Below are positions 42,201 through 53,177 of a stretch of 64,000 nucleotides of DNA, one piece after another; positions within the stretch are counted from its first letter, which is position 1; every line of letters starts with the position of its first letter. The stretch lies in the NCBI GenBank assembly GCA_051294375.1, contig CM119266.1, positions 16,920,087-16,984,086 of the forward strand. The letters run 5' to 3'. A program made the translations under genes and the position numbers. This DNA is from Paraspadella gotoi. Taxonomy: Eukaryota; Animalia; Chaetognatha. The notes beneath the pieces are model-generated. The model worked only from the letters and a program-made list of their open reading frames with translations. It did no database searches and was not told where the DNA came from.

Positions 42201-45200
42201 GAATCAACGCCGGTTCCGGAGAAGTTCGAAGTCGCGACGACTTACCAAATTTGGTACGAGTGGACACGTCAATATTTTTCCCGTAGTGACTCTTCATACT
42301 TCTTTTTTCGCATCCTTGTCCCCAGTGGGTGATGCACGCTTCGGTGCTTTGCCTGATCCTGAACAACTCCCTCAACTTCGTCATCTATTGCTGCATGTCG
42401 ACTCGATTCCGTAACTCCTTTAAACGCACCTTCGGACTGCAGAACCTCGCCAAGCGATTGAATCGGCCCGCCGTCGCGAGCGACAAGACAGGTCGGTGAA
42501 GGCGGGCTCGGGAGACTCGATCGGTTTGCGTCGCGTTGCTTGCCCATAAGTTAGTGTTTGTTTTAAGTTTCTATGAACAAATACAAATTTAATGATGAAT
42601 GATTAAAAACGCTTTTCTCGTTATAACTATTTCGACTTAAACCGTTTGCGCGTTGCTGCATCGCATTTAAAACTTGCTCTTGCATATCACGATAAAATGA
42701 TTATGAGTTGAGATTTAACCAAAAAAATTTTAAACTTTTAATTGAACGTTAATGATGTACTATTATGTCTATATAGACTGAAAACCACAGTGTAAATATA
42801 TTATCTCTACGTTAGTACTACAAAAAACCACCTCGCTATCGCTTTCTCTTGGCCCATGCCAGCAGACCGGGAAAAATAACCCATTGTTCCAATTGTGCGT
42901 CTCGGGCTTGGTCTCTTAGCTCCACGCTTCATTGTCATAATGTGACAGAGGCTACACAACCGCGCCAGCGGTCTTAGTCAGGCTGCCCCATACCAATGGG
43001 CATCACAGGCAATTCGGCTGTTGCACTAAGATCAACAAAGGGAATACTGAATAAGCAACGAGATTATAAAGAGAAAGTTCGCATGGAAGCATGATAATCC
43101 TCATGACCAAGTGAAATTTCCACAGAATGTGAAATATGGCAACGCCAAAAAAATAACCTTTTTTAATGTTGCTTATTTTTCTTGAACTCATTTCCATATT
43201 AAGTTTGACAATGAGTACAAGAAAAAGAGTTCTCGAGGGAGAGAAAGCGCGAGCGAACGAGGGAGCCAAAATGCGGTATTTCTAACTAAATTCCGGCTCT
43301 TGAGTCGCTATGTTTATTAATATTTTACCCACGGCCAAAAGTCAAAATAAAAGGCTTACTCATGGAGCGCATTGGGAACAGCGTTTGGGGGTCGACTTCT
43401 GGTGGTATTTTTTTATAGCTAATAATGGTAACACTTTTAAAAATCCGTCTTTTTCTTTTTTATTTCCTGAACTTTTAACCATAATCTAATCATAATTTTT
43501 ATGAATTCCCTTACCTAATCCCATATCCTAATTTGTCTTTCATAAAATTAAAGTAAAATAGTTTTAAAAATATCTTAAACTATACTTCAAGTTCGACCTT
43601 GTAAAAAAAAATTTAATAAACAAGCTGTATCAGAAAACTATAAGAATAACTATAAAAACAAGTTTGAGCAAACAATGTCGGATCTGCCCACAATAATTAT
43701 CGGTAATTAATTAATTAATAATTAATAATTAATTAATTTGATCCCAAATGATTGTTTTTAGGTCTTTTCGTCACTAACCATGACAGAAGCAATGACAACG
43801 ATGAGAATAATGCAATAATAATTGACTGATTAATTAATTATTAATAAATTAATTGACTAAGTGATTAATTAACGATTAATTATTTGATTAATTAATACAT
43901 CTTGCATTTACATTTAATATAAAAGAAAAAAGAAGCATAATCAATTAGTGAAACAGTTTTTTTTTTTTTTTTCCATTTAAACTCATTTCACTCAAACATT
44001 TCATCGAAACTTAATTTCCAGCTTAATCACACACTTTCCTACCCACATACAAAATTTCAAGTCAATCGCCCCGTCCACCTATGAATAATTAGCGTTCAAA
44101 TAGTAAAATATATTTTTTGTTTTTTTCCATTTAAACTCATTTCCACTCGCACGGTTCCATCGAAACTTCATATCCAGCTCAATCACACACTTCCCTACCC
44201 ACACACAAAATTTCATTCATATCCATCTCTCCAATCACGAGTAATTGGTGTTTTTTGCTAAGCTGGGACGGACGGACAGACAGACGGACAGACGGACATC
44301 GTTTTTTTTGCATAATTTATCATAATTCGATGTTCTGACATGATATAAGTGAGTGCCCGACAAGATTTAGGGGGTGGACCGACGGACCGACAAAGTGAAT
44401 TATAGAGTCGGGATCTGCTGAATGCAGATCCGATTAAAAAAGTTTCATATAAATAAAGAGAAAAAATAATTATAAGCAGCTTAAACCATATTACATATTT
44501 TCCACGTTAGCAATAGTCGTCGAAAAAGCATGGGGTCATAAGTTCACGTTATCTTAAAAGTAAAAAACTAATAAAATTTTTTTTAATATTTCGGCTAGTG
44601 CAAAAAATCATAGAGGTAAACTAATTTTTATCAAATCATTTTTCAGAACATCCTCTATTCCTCATGGCTCGTCTCATTGCAAATTAATGCCGTCGAATTT
44701 CAAAATACATTTTCTTATAGTTTACATTTACTTTATACACACAACATTATAAGACAGCGAGCTTATTTTATCTTTCTCATTAACGGAAACCTCCCTAAAT
44801 GAGTACATTCACCCTTTTTATAGCATGAAAAAAAAACCGTTAAATTTTAATTAGTTTAAGGGCAGAACTGTAAATAGGATTATTTCCTAATAATTTGGTT
44901 CTGAATTATAAATTGTTGCCAATGAGACGGGTGCGATGTTTTTAAAATTTCACGTTTTATTGCTTGCGGTGTCACGTCCTACATTTCATATAATTGTGAA
45001 TACGTCCAGCATTTCCTTTTGATATTCCTCTTCGACTTCTCCATATGCAGTCCCGAATGCATCAAAATTTCAGAAGATGCTACTAATTCCATTCAAGAAA
45101 CGTAAGAATTAGAAAACCAGTTTCACTTGAATTGTTTTTCCCCTTTCCGGAATATAACTCGCGCCAATGGTAGAAAATTGAACATCCTTTACAGTACTAA

Positions 45201-45881
45201 AGAGTTCTTTTAAGCCTTTTTACAATCTTAGCTTGTCATGTGCCCCGTTTAGGTATTTTTATGTAATGTTTCCATATATTCCCATACATGTAATGTCCTT
45301 ATGTTGCCGAGAATATTTTTTTTATATTTGCAATGCTCCCTAAATGGAAAACAATTAACGCATGTTTTTGTTTGTTTCCTTGCATGATGATAGCGCTTGT
45401 TTTATTTCTTAACAAAGAACGAAAATGAAACTGATCAGTTAAAGTTAAAATTATATATTTTTTTTGTACTAAAGTTAAATTCCTTGGTCGATTATATTTT
45501 TTTCTATCAACGATTGAAAGCGATTACATCATGAAACGGAAACGAAACTTTTTCTAACGAAAAACGAAACGACTTTTGTTTTCATGAATTCATTTGAGCA
45601 ATTTTAACCCAGCGAATCTAAAAATCCTTTCACGGATTTTTTTTTAATATCTATAAAATTCTCAATAGGCCCTTTTTCGTACTTACATAGGTGGCGCGAG
45701 TCTGATTACGCGGACGACGATCCTCAGTCGCTACGACTACTTCCGGCGCAACGCCAGCGAGAGTCCGGGGACGCGGCAGGACCGGGAAAGCGTTCAGCTG
45801 GAACCTTTTAAAACCATGTCCATTGAGGACGGTGTTGACGAAAACGCAAGAGAAGAGCAGGAAACGGACGTTTTGTCATAA
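38073..45881 (+). CDS. Class A GPCR, FMRFamide/sex-peptide-receptor-like; exons 38073-38199, 38349-38480, 38753-38908, 40353-40483, 40574-40674, 41787-41891, 41965-42065, 42147-42253, 42326-42491, 45691-45881
   Basis: All introns are GT-AG and phase-consistent. Protein has N-glycosylation sites (NGT, NFS), 'STSFILAALSLSD', 'ATERWIAVCFPLKAASLCTRRRA', 'LIPFIVLLVMNIMIV' and 'LNNSLNFVIYCCMSTRFR'. The last exon is less certain. Confidence 0.92.
43657..44440 (-). mobile_element. Helentron/DINE-1-like non-autonomous element (in the last GPCR intron)
   Basis: Subterminal inverted repeats tcggatctgc/gcagatccga; hairpin ggatctgc-tgaat-gcagatcc; (GGAC/AGAC)n microsatellite; end hairpin gtttg-ag-caaac; internal ~155-bp tandem duplication. 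Confidence 0.8.
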
Positions 45882-48378
45882 TAGTACGTATATATATCAA
45901 AAGAAAAAAAAGAATTGTAAATTTTGTTAAATTATTTGATCCGAAAAAAAAAAATATCGCTCATGCGCTTCCTTTCGTCTGACAACTTTTTTTTTTGTTT
46001 CGAGTAACATTTCCACTATTCATTGTAATACGCATAATCACTTCTTTTTTTTTTTCCAAAAGCTACTAATAATTTGCGTACTTATCTCATTGTCGTAAAA
46101 CACTAATGTATAACTTCGAATTTACAATAGTCTTACTGAATGAAACCGTTCTTTGAATAAGAATTACATTTTTTTCCTGAGAAATATAATTAGTACATCA
46201 TTAATTCTAAAAAAAAATAGCCTTAACCGATTTTAGGCTAAAGTATTCTGATGAGATTCATGAAACATACTTTGAATATACCACTTCATTGATAGGAAAG
46301 CTAGGTATTCTGGGAGTGAATAAACGAGACGGTGTGAGAGTTTTGATGGAAAGCTTGCGAAGTCCTTAAATTTTATCGATGGAGGCTTTTAACCACCAAA
46401 GCCTGTTAAAAGCCTGTCAAAAGTCTGGGGCAAAATAGCCTATTTAATAAATGAGCTAAATCACGCTGGTTGTTATTCATTAATAGAGTTAAAACAAACT
46501 GGTTGTTCTCCTAAAATAACTGACATCTTTTGCCCAACCGAGGGAGAACAAATGACGCAAGGTATTTTTATTAATTAATTAATTATTATCCAAAAAAAGC
46601 TTTAAGATGAATGGGGAAGGCCTGTACTTATTCAAGCGTGGAGCTTTTGACCAACGCAACTGGCTTTGAAGGCTTCGGACACTCGGCAAGAACTCGGGAC
46701 GCACGATTGTGATGGTGAGTTAGTCCGCCTTGCTCTTTCGAATTTGCCTAGAGAATTAGGCTATTAGATTAGGCTATGGCTTTGGCAGTAGGAATGAGCA
46801 GTACCAAGATGGCATGAATAGTATTCATTGAATACTGATGCAAAACAAAAGTCATATTAAGTAAAGAAAAGCAAATGATCAACGCATCAGAATTTAAATG
46901 CACTCTGGAATAAACGAACAAGAATTCGATTGTGAGAGAAAGAGCTAAATAGACGAGAGGAAAAAGATAAAAATACAACGCCTTTGCAAAAATTAATATC
47001 TATGAATTTCAGCCTCATGCTTCTGGGAGATTGGTTGTTGTGACATTATATAAATGTACATATATTTTTTTTTATCTTTCTTTTTTGTAAAAGACGAGTC
47101 TTGTAGAATATAGACTGAAGAAAGCGAGATCCTCAAATACGATGTCATTTAAGAATATGTCTAAGATCATGATTAATTTACAATATTAATAGTATTAATA
47201 ATTTAATCTTCATAATAATTTTTAAAAAAATTATTTTTCTGAAATAGAAGGATAGATCATAATGTGCCATATTTTATTACATATACCCAGCGGCTCTTTT
47301 ACTGGCCTGGCATTATGCCATACCCAACAGAAGCGATGTCACTATCCAAGACGCGTCTGTCGATGAACCACGTGCATCGCTAGTGTCGTCTTCCTCGTCA
47401 CTGCTCATGCGCCTCCGCACTAAAGACGCCGACGTGTTGCTCCTCCTCCTCCGCTGTTTACACATTTTTAAACCAGATTCTCCACGAACAGATGTTAATA
47501 CCGTTCTTCTAGCAATGACATTGTTTCTTGTCGATACGCGTGGATACAGCTAATATTAAATGAATGGATAATTTTTTTGTATACCGGTTTTACCAATTTC
47601 ATAGAAGGTTTCTAATTTCTAACACGATAAGGACGACTACCGCGCTTCGATGGAAGGAAGATCCCCATAGCTTAACGTATGGCGATGAGCGGGAACGTCT
47701 GAGAGGGGGAGCTACCTATCGTACATCCGATTGAGAGTGGATTCGTGTCTTGGTTGTGAGTTTTTTATTCTGTACAAAAATGGTCGACGAAATGATTAAC
47801 TCGGAAAAAACTTCGCTCGTCACCAACGGTAAGAGGAAATTTTCGTCCATGACTTGATCTATGTTCGCTTTTCTACAACGAAGCCAGAATTGATTGAAAT
47901 TCGATCACTATTGAAGGATACTACTGAATTCTATTTCTATTTATTGACAGATAATTTGAATTGAAAATTGAATTGAATTGAAAATTTAATTTAAAATTGG
48001 AGAGTAGCACATGAAGTTTTCTAAAATTTCACTGCTATGAATAGTTAAACACGTTATACACTGTCCTACTCTCAATTTTGTTAACATAATAAGACACATC
48101 GCGATAGGCGACCAAATCCATTTGTTAATCAATTAGAGGTATTCATAAATTTTTTTTTTTAATTTTGTTTTGTTCCGAACTATGGTAATTGGATAATTAC
48201 TAGGAAAAATTAAAAGATTACTTGTTTTTACTATAGTAGATTAAATTAGACAAAAAAATTTAGCAAAATTTGTTTGAGTGCAACGACTTTATTTTACTAT
48301 AAAACAGACATGTGTTCGACTCTGACTGGAGGTTCATCAGCGCGCTGATGATATGTTATTCTTTTTATAATGCTTCAG

Positions 48379-49224
48379 TTTTTAAGTCGGATCTTTGCCT
48401 TCATCAGCAGATTCCCGACTCTATAATTCACTTTGCCGTCCGTCGGTTCCACCTCTCAATCTTGTCGGGCCATTCATTAAATCACTGTCAGAACATTTCA
48501 AACTTATGATAAAATAGCAAATATACCTTAGCAAATAACTCCAATTACTCGTTGATTCGATGGTTTGGATGGAATGAAATTTTGTGTTGTGTGCCGGGAG
48601 GTGATTGTGATTGAGCTTGATATAAAGTTTCGATGGAATCGTGCAAGTAGATATGAGTTTAAATGAGAGAAAAAACCAAAAAGTATTTTTTATTAATTTA
48701 TTACTCATAATTAATGATATCTTATTAAAAATATTAATAAATAAATTGAATTTTTAAATTTTGTTGGTGGGTTAGGTAAATTATATTAATAAGCTGAATA
48801 AAAAATACTTAAAATTAAAACATATTTATTTTAATTTTTTTAAAAAATTCTAATTATCTTTCTCATATTTTATTTGATTGATTAATTGATTTGGCAAATT
48901 ATGCCAGTTGACCAAATTCTGCAAGTGACTAAATTATGCCAGTTGATAAAATTATACATAAATTACTAAATTATGCAAGTTTGACTAAATTATTCAAGTT
49001 AGTATTGGCGCAGCTACTCCGGTAATGGTTGACAGATCAATTGATTTATTGATTTTTTTCATAAAATTTATTAAGAAGTCTGTTGTTTTGTTATGTTACA
49101 CATTTGTTATGATCTGGTTAAGATCAACAATTGATAAAAAATATTACCGTAATTTACCATCGGATTAGCTTATTACGGCTTAATTATCGTAGGCACATCA
49201 GACATTGCTTGCTCAAATCTTGTT
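48379..49224 (+). mobile_element. Second copy of the same HINE-like family, opposite orientation
   Basis: 'cccgactctataattcactttg' is the reverse complement of 44390-44412; ends 'gacattgcttgctcaaatcttgtt'. Confidence 0.8.
48893..49000. repeat. ~18-bp minisatellite (TGACTAAATTATGCAAGT)x5-6
   Basis: Head-to-tail degenerate units with no spacers. Confidence 0.85.
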
Positions 49225-49446
49225 TGATTCTGATAATACATTAAAAGATGAATTTATACTTTCTGTAGACACATTTTTAGAAGTTACCTAAACTCTTTTT
49301 AAAATAAAAAAATTTAAAAAAAAATTAACTTTTCCTATCAATAAATTATAATAAAACAATATTTTATCGATCTTCTTTTCGTTGGTTTGTAAATTAGGAA
49401 AAACAGTTTTTAAGGTCAACAACGATTTATTAATGGATAAAGTCGT

Positions 49447-49485
49447 GACCAAGTTTCAACTCTTTATCTTAAGAGTCTTCTTCAC
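49447..49485 (-). ncRNA. Minimal PLE-type hammerhead-ribozyme-like motif
   Basis: Minus strand reads (G)UGAAGA-A-GACUCUU-AAGAUA-AAGAGUU-GAAAC-UUG-GUC: stem II, GAAA core and a GUC site. C3 reads as G here but as C in the other copy. Confidence 0.6.
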
Positions 49486-52227
49486 GCGATTTTTAATAAT
49501 CACAATTTTTCTCTCTTAACATAGCTTTGGATAGGAGAGAGAAGAGAGAGAGAGAGAGGTGACTTACAAAGTATGTTTACAAACATCCCTCAGGGACTTG
49601 GCGTTAGCCTCCGCAGAACGCCGCCGCTTAGAGGGAGACGGCTGTTACACGAGCGGTACGCCAAATATCCAATTGGGTGATATCATGGCACTGTGCCGAC
49701 TCGACCTGGAAACTGGGTACTTCAGGTTCGATGAAGCATCTTCTTGGTACTCATCCCATGCGCGTGGTGGCTTAGGGACATGGCAAATCAACCTCCAAGT
49801 CCCTCTGGCAGACTTCCTTAGTGGAGGACTATGAGGTGGAAAAAAAAAAAAAATGCTTTGATACCTCTTTTCGATTCTCGCATTGGGCAGTAGTCCAGTT
49901 CTTTTCTTTAGTCCGGTAGTCGGAAAGGCAGCACGTACTATCCTCGGCCGCTGAGGAAGGGATCTCGTTGACTACTTATTAATCTCCATTGAACAGCATC
50001 GAAATGCGAGCACTCAATGTGGACGTCTGCGAAGAAAGGGGAGTAATGGAAAATAATATTCCAATGGCTCTATGTGCCTTATTAAGCGCGTCCAAAGAGT
50101 TGGTGTCGTCATTGGAGGTTTTCTTGCTCTACCGCTAAACCCTACGCATATGATATTCAATACAATTTCCTTCCAACTTACGGCTATTGCTCCTTTGTCA
50201 CATTACGTCTCGCCACGGTCCAGTTCCCTTACCAGAAAGAGTCCTTTGATTCGCGTCGACACCCCCGAGCTCCAGGTCCGCGACTTGAGCATGATCAAAA
50301 GAGCCCTTATGGCGCTCAACTGGTTACCCTCTTGTGGGACTTTACGAGAAGGCTAGGTTTCGGGCCTTGTTCACCAGGCTTGAGGGCAGTGGCCAACAAG
50401 CGGCCCGCTGCCCACTAGTTACACCGCTGTGACGCAAGGTTTACTACCCTCCGCCCCCCAGGAGGACGAACGATCCTGGCCTTGACTGCTTGAAACCAGG
50501 ACCCTACCGCGCCCACCACAGCGCAAATGGGAAGAAAGTCAGAAGCGTCTCAACGAACGTGGGCCACCTTCCCTCCGCCTACCAACCAGGGCGATCACTG
50601 AAGCACATTGCACGTCTGCCACGTCGGTGGCTAGCAAACAGGACTCCGCCACTTCAGTGAGGCCCGCGGCTCTTTACGTGGAGCCATTATGGTGGAAACC
50701 GAAAGACAAAATTCCCAGACCGAACACCTTCAGAGCTGTTCTACTTGGGCAGCCTGTGCAGGCAAGGAATACCAAACCTGCTCAGCAGCATACGTGTGGC
50801 GAGACCGGAAAATCTCTCTCAGATCGTTCTCAAACAGCACATAAAGCCCTTATCGTGACGCCCGTGGTCACTTTCTGTCGGCTATTGGCCGCAGCATTCG
50901 ACGGCATCTTTTGGCCATTCTGGTTTAGAGAGAACGGACTGCTCGTGCCTTGCCCATGACAAAACTGGTTTCAGCTAGAGGTTCCCTTCCCTCTATTAGA
51001 GAGCAATTTTACATCAAAGCCCTCGAGCCCTCTCTGAAACTCGTGATGGAGGATCGATCGACCTCCCTCCAAGCTATGATTCGCTTATCACAAAATGGAG
51101 GTGGAACGCCCAACCCACCCCAACCGCACGGTTGATCCCCTGCCTCCCTACTCAACGGGTCTCAGGCGGAGGCCTCTCAGCAGGCAATGGACGCCCGATG
51201 CCTCTCCCAAACTTGCCAGCAAACTTGTGGTGACTCTGCCCGCACCGAGCGTCGCCCGAAAACGACGGCTTGCAGGAACAGGAAGGAGAGGAAATCCTGT
51301 ATCCCTGCATATTGTAATGCAGGCCGAACAATAATCACCTCTGCCTCGTCGTCAGGCCTCTGACGCTCCTCATGGCTCATGGGCCGCTCTCGGTCAGCGT
51401 CTCTATCAGCCAGTAGGCTTCTCTTCCTTATCATCGGCCTTTGGCTGGAGTCATACCCCAAGTCCTTGACCACAACATGCTCACTTCCAGTCTAAATGAC
51501 AATTGCCAGGTGACTCCCTGAAATCACAATTCCGCCTACCGGTCTCTACATCATCTGTCCAGGCCGGCGCTATCCGGGGGTGCTCTTTGGAGAGCCTCAG
51601 CTCTTTTTTATGATCTCTTTCTTTGACTGGCTTACTTTCTCGGCAAAGCTAGAGCGAGCATGTCTACATTATGCAAAGTATCAGGACGACCTCACAATTA
51701 CTTTCGCCTTATGCGAACGATTTGCATTCTTAATAGTAAGCGGAAGGATCTGAATCTAATTATCTTGTGTTGGTGTATTACTAGGATCTTTGAAGTATAT
51801 TAGAAGTTTGTCACATTTATGGACCTCTCTCTCTGTGTGTTCTGAGTTGCCTAAATTGTTTAAAATTATTATCTCTCTCCATCTGATTGGCATTTCTCAT
51901 CTATACCTCTCTCTCTCTCTCTACAGCAATTCTTTTATCAACCTTTTTGTATCTCTCAAACCAAAAATCGTTACACTTACATCGTATGCACGCGTGAAAA
52001 GTCCCATTACCTTTCACTCTTGTCCTTCACATGTTGACCACTGTTCCTATACTTAAAGTCTTCTGTTTGCAATTCTCCCCTCCTCTCTCTCCTCCTCCTC
52101 TCTCTTCTCTCCCTCACCCCTCAAACTAAAACTCCCGCCCTCGAAGCATCTGCCTTATACAAAAGAACGCCTGCACTGCATACTCTACTCTCTCTGCGTC
52201 TTCATTAAATATATTTTAACAAATCTC

Positions 52228-52268
52228 CTGAAGCAAGTACTCTTCTTAATATACGAGTGAAACTTGTC
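52228..52268 (+). ncRNA. Second, noisier hammerhead-like motif at the PLE 3' end
   Basis: ctgaag(c)aag-(t)actc...gagt-gaaac-ttgtc. Confidence 0.5.
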
Positions 52269-53177
52269 CACTTATATCAATAATAAATCGTTTTACCTTT
52301 AAAAAAAAAATTAACTTTTCCTATCAAAAATTATATAAAGCAATATTAAAAAAATAATTACTGGCGAATAGACTTTAAAGTTTTTTTTTTTTTAATTTTG
52401 TTTATTGAAAGTTTTCACCAAAATATATAAAAAGTTTCATTTGGTTTAAAAACTTTCTGACCCACTTCATAAACAATATGACATAGATTGGCTCTAACAC
52501 ATTATGAAAACATACATTTTATATTGTAGGTTCAGCAATCACCAATGGACTAAATAATAATCGTGCAAACAAAAATAAATTAGATTGGAACAAATATGGA
52601 TTAAGGTAAATTAACTTGACCAGATGTTAAGCATGATGTTTGTAAAAAAAAGTTTGCCATTTCCATACATAAAAAAAATTGATTAGCTCAGCTGAGCCTA
52701 GCTTGCGCAGACTTCTTGAATTGATATTATTACATTACGCTTTACCAAATGATTATGTAACTAAATATGTGTGAAATATGTGCACAACAAGCATCTTATG
52801 CTTGATCATTTACAAGAAATTAGTGAGATAGTCACTCATTACCTAAAAATAAAATTATACTTATATCATACATTTCATTACAATCCAACTTGAAAGCTGT
52901 ATTTTTTTAAAAATAATAAATAATTAATAAATTTTCTCTCGAGTTATTTTATATTATTAGAATTTACATATAACATTTGCGGTATCTTATTAGACAAAAT
53001 TTTCATTAAATTGTATCAGAAACATGATTTTTGTTGCAATAATTTTAATATGTGAGGTAAAAAAAATCAATTTATAGTAATTGATTAATTTAAAACTAAA
53101 TAAAATTCCATGCACAAAGAAAAAGAAAAGTAAAAAAAAAAAAAGAATAACACGAAATCGGCAAGAATATGTTAACT

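Larger units (their letters stand above)
49405..52300 (+). mobile_element. Penelope-like retroelement (RT + GIY-YIG endonuclease), 5'-truncated and frameshifted, with inverted terminal segments
   Basis: RT: 'DIMALCRLDLETGYFRF' (~49680-49730), 'YR.KPTH' (~50129-50150), 'ALN.GYP' (~50310-50330). Endonuclease: 'YV.GETGKSLSDR..QH' (~50790-50845) and 'IREQFYIKALEPSL' (~50995-51037). 49405-49490 is the reverse complement of ~52220-52300. Confidence 0.8.

Noticed and set aside
46248-46270. Hammerhead-like CTGATGA...GAAAC
   Set aside because: The intervening GATTCAT cannot form a credible stem II and there is no supporting stem III/I.
47300-47470. 'TKDADVLLLLL' resembling a transposon-associated nuclease motif
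   Set aside because: Too short and noisy to support a call.
48893-49000. CRISPR-like periodic repeat
   Set aside because: Contiguous tandem units, no unique spacers, no cas genes, eukaryotic context.
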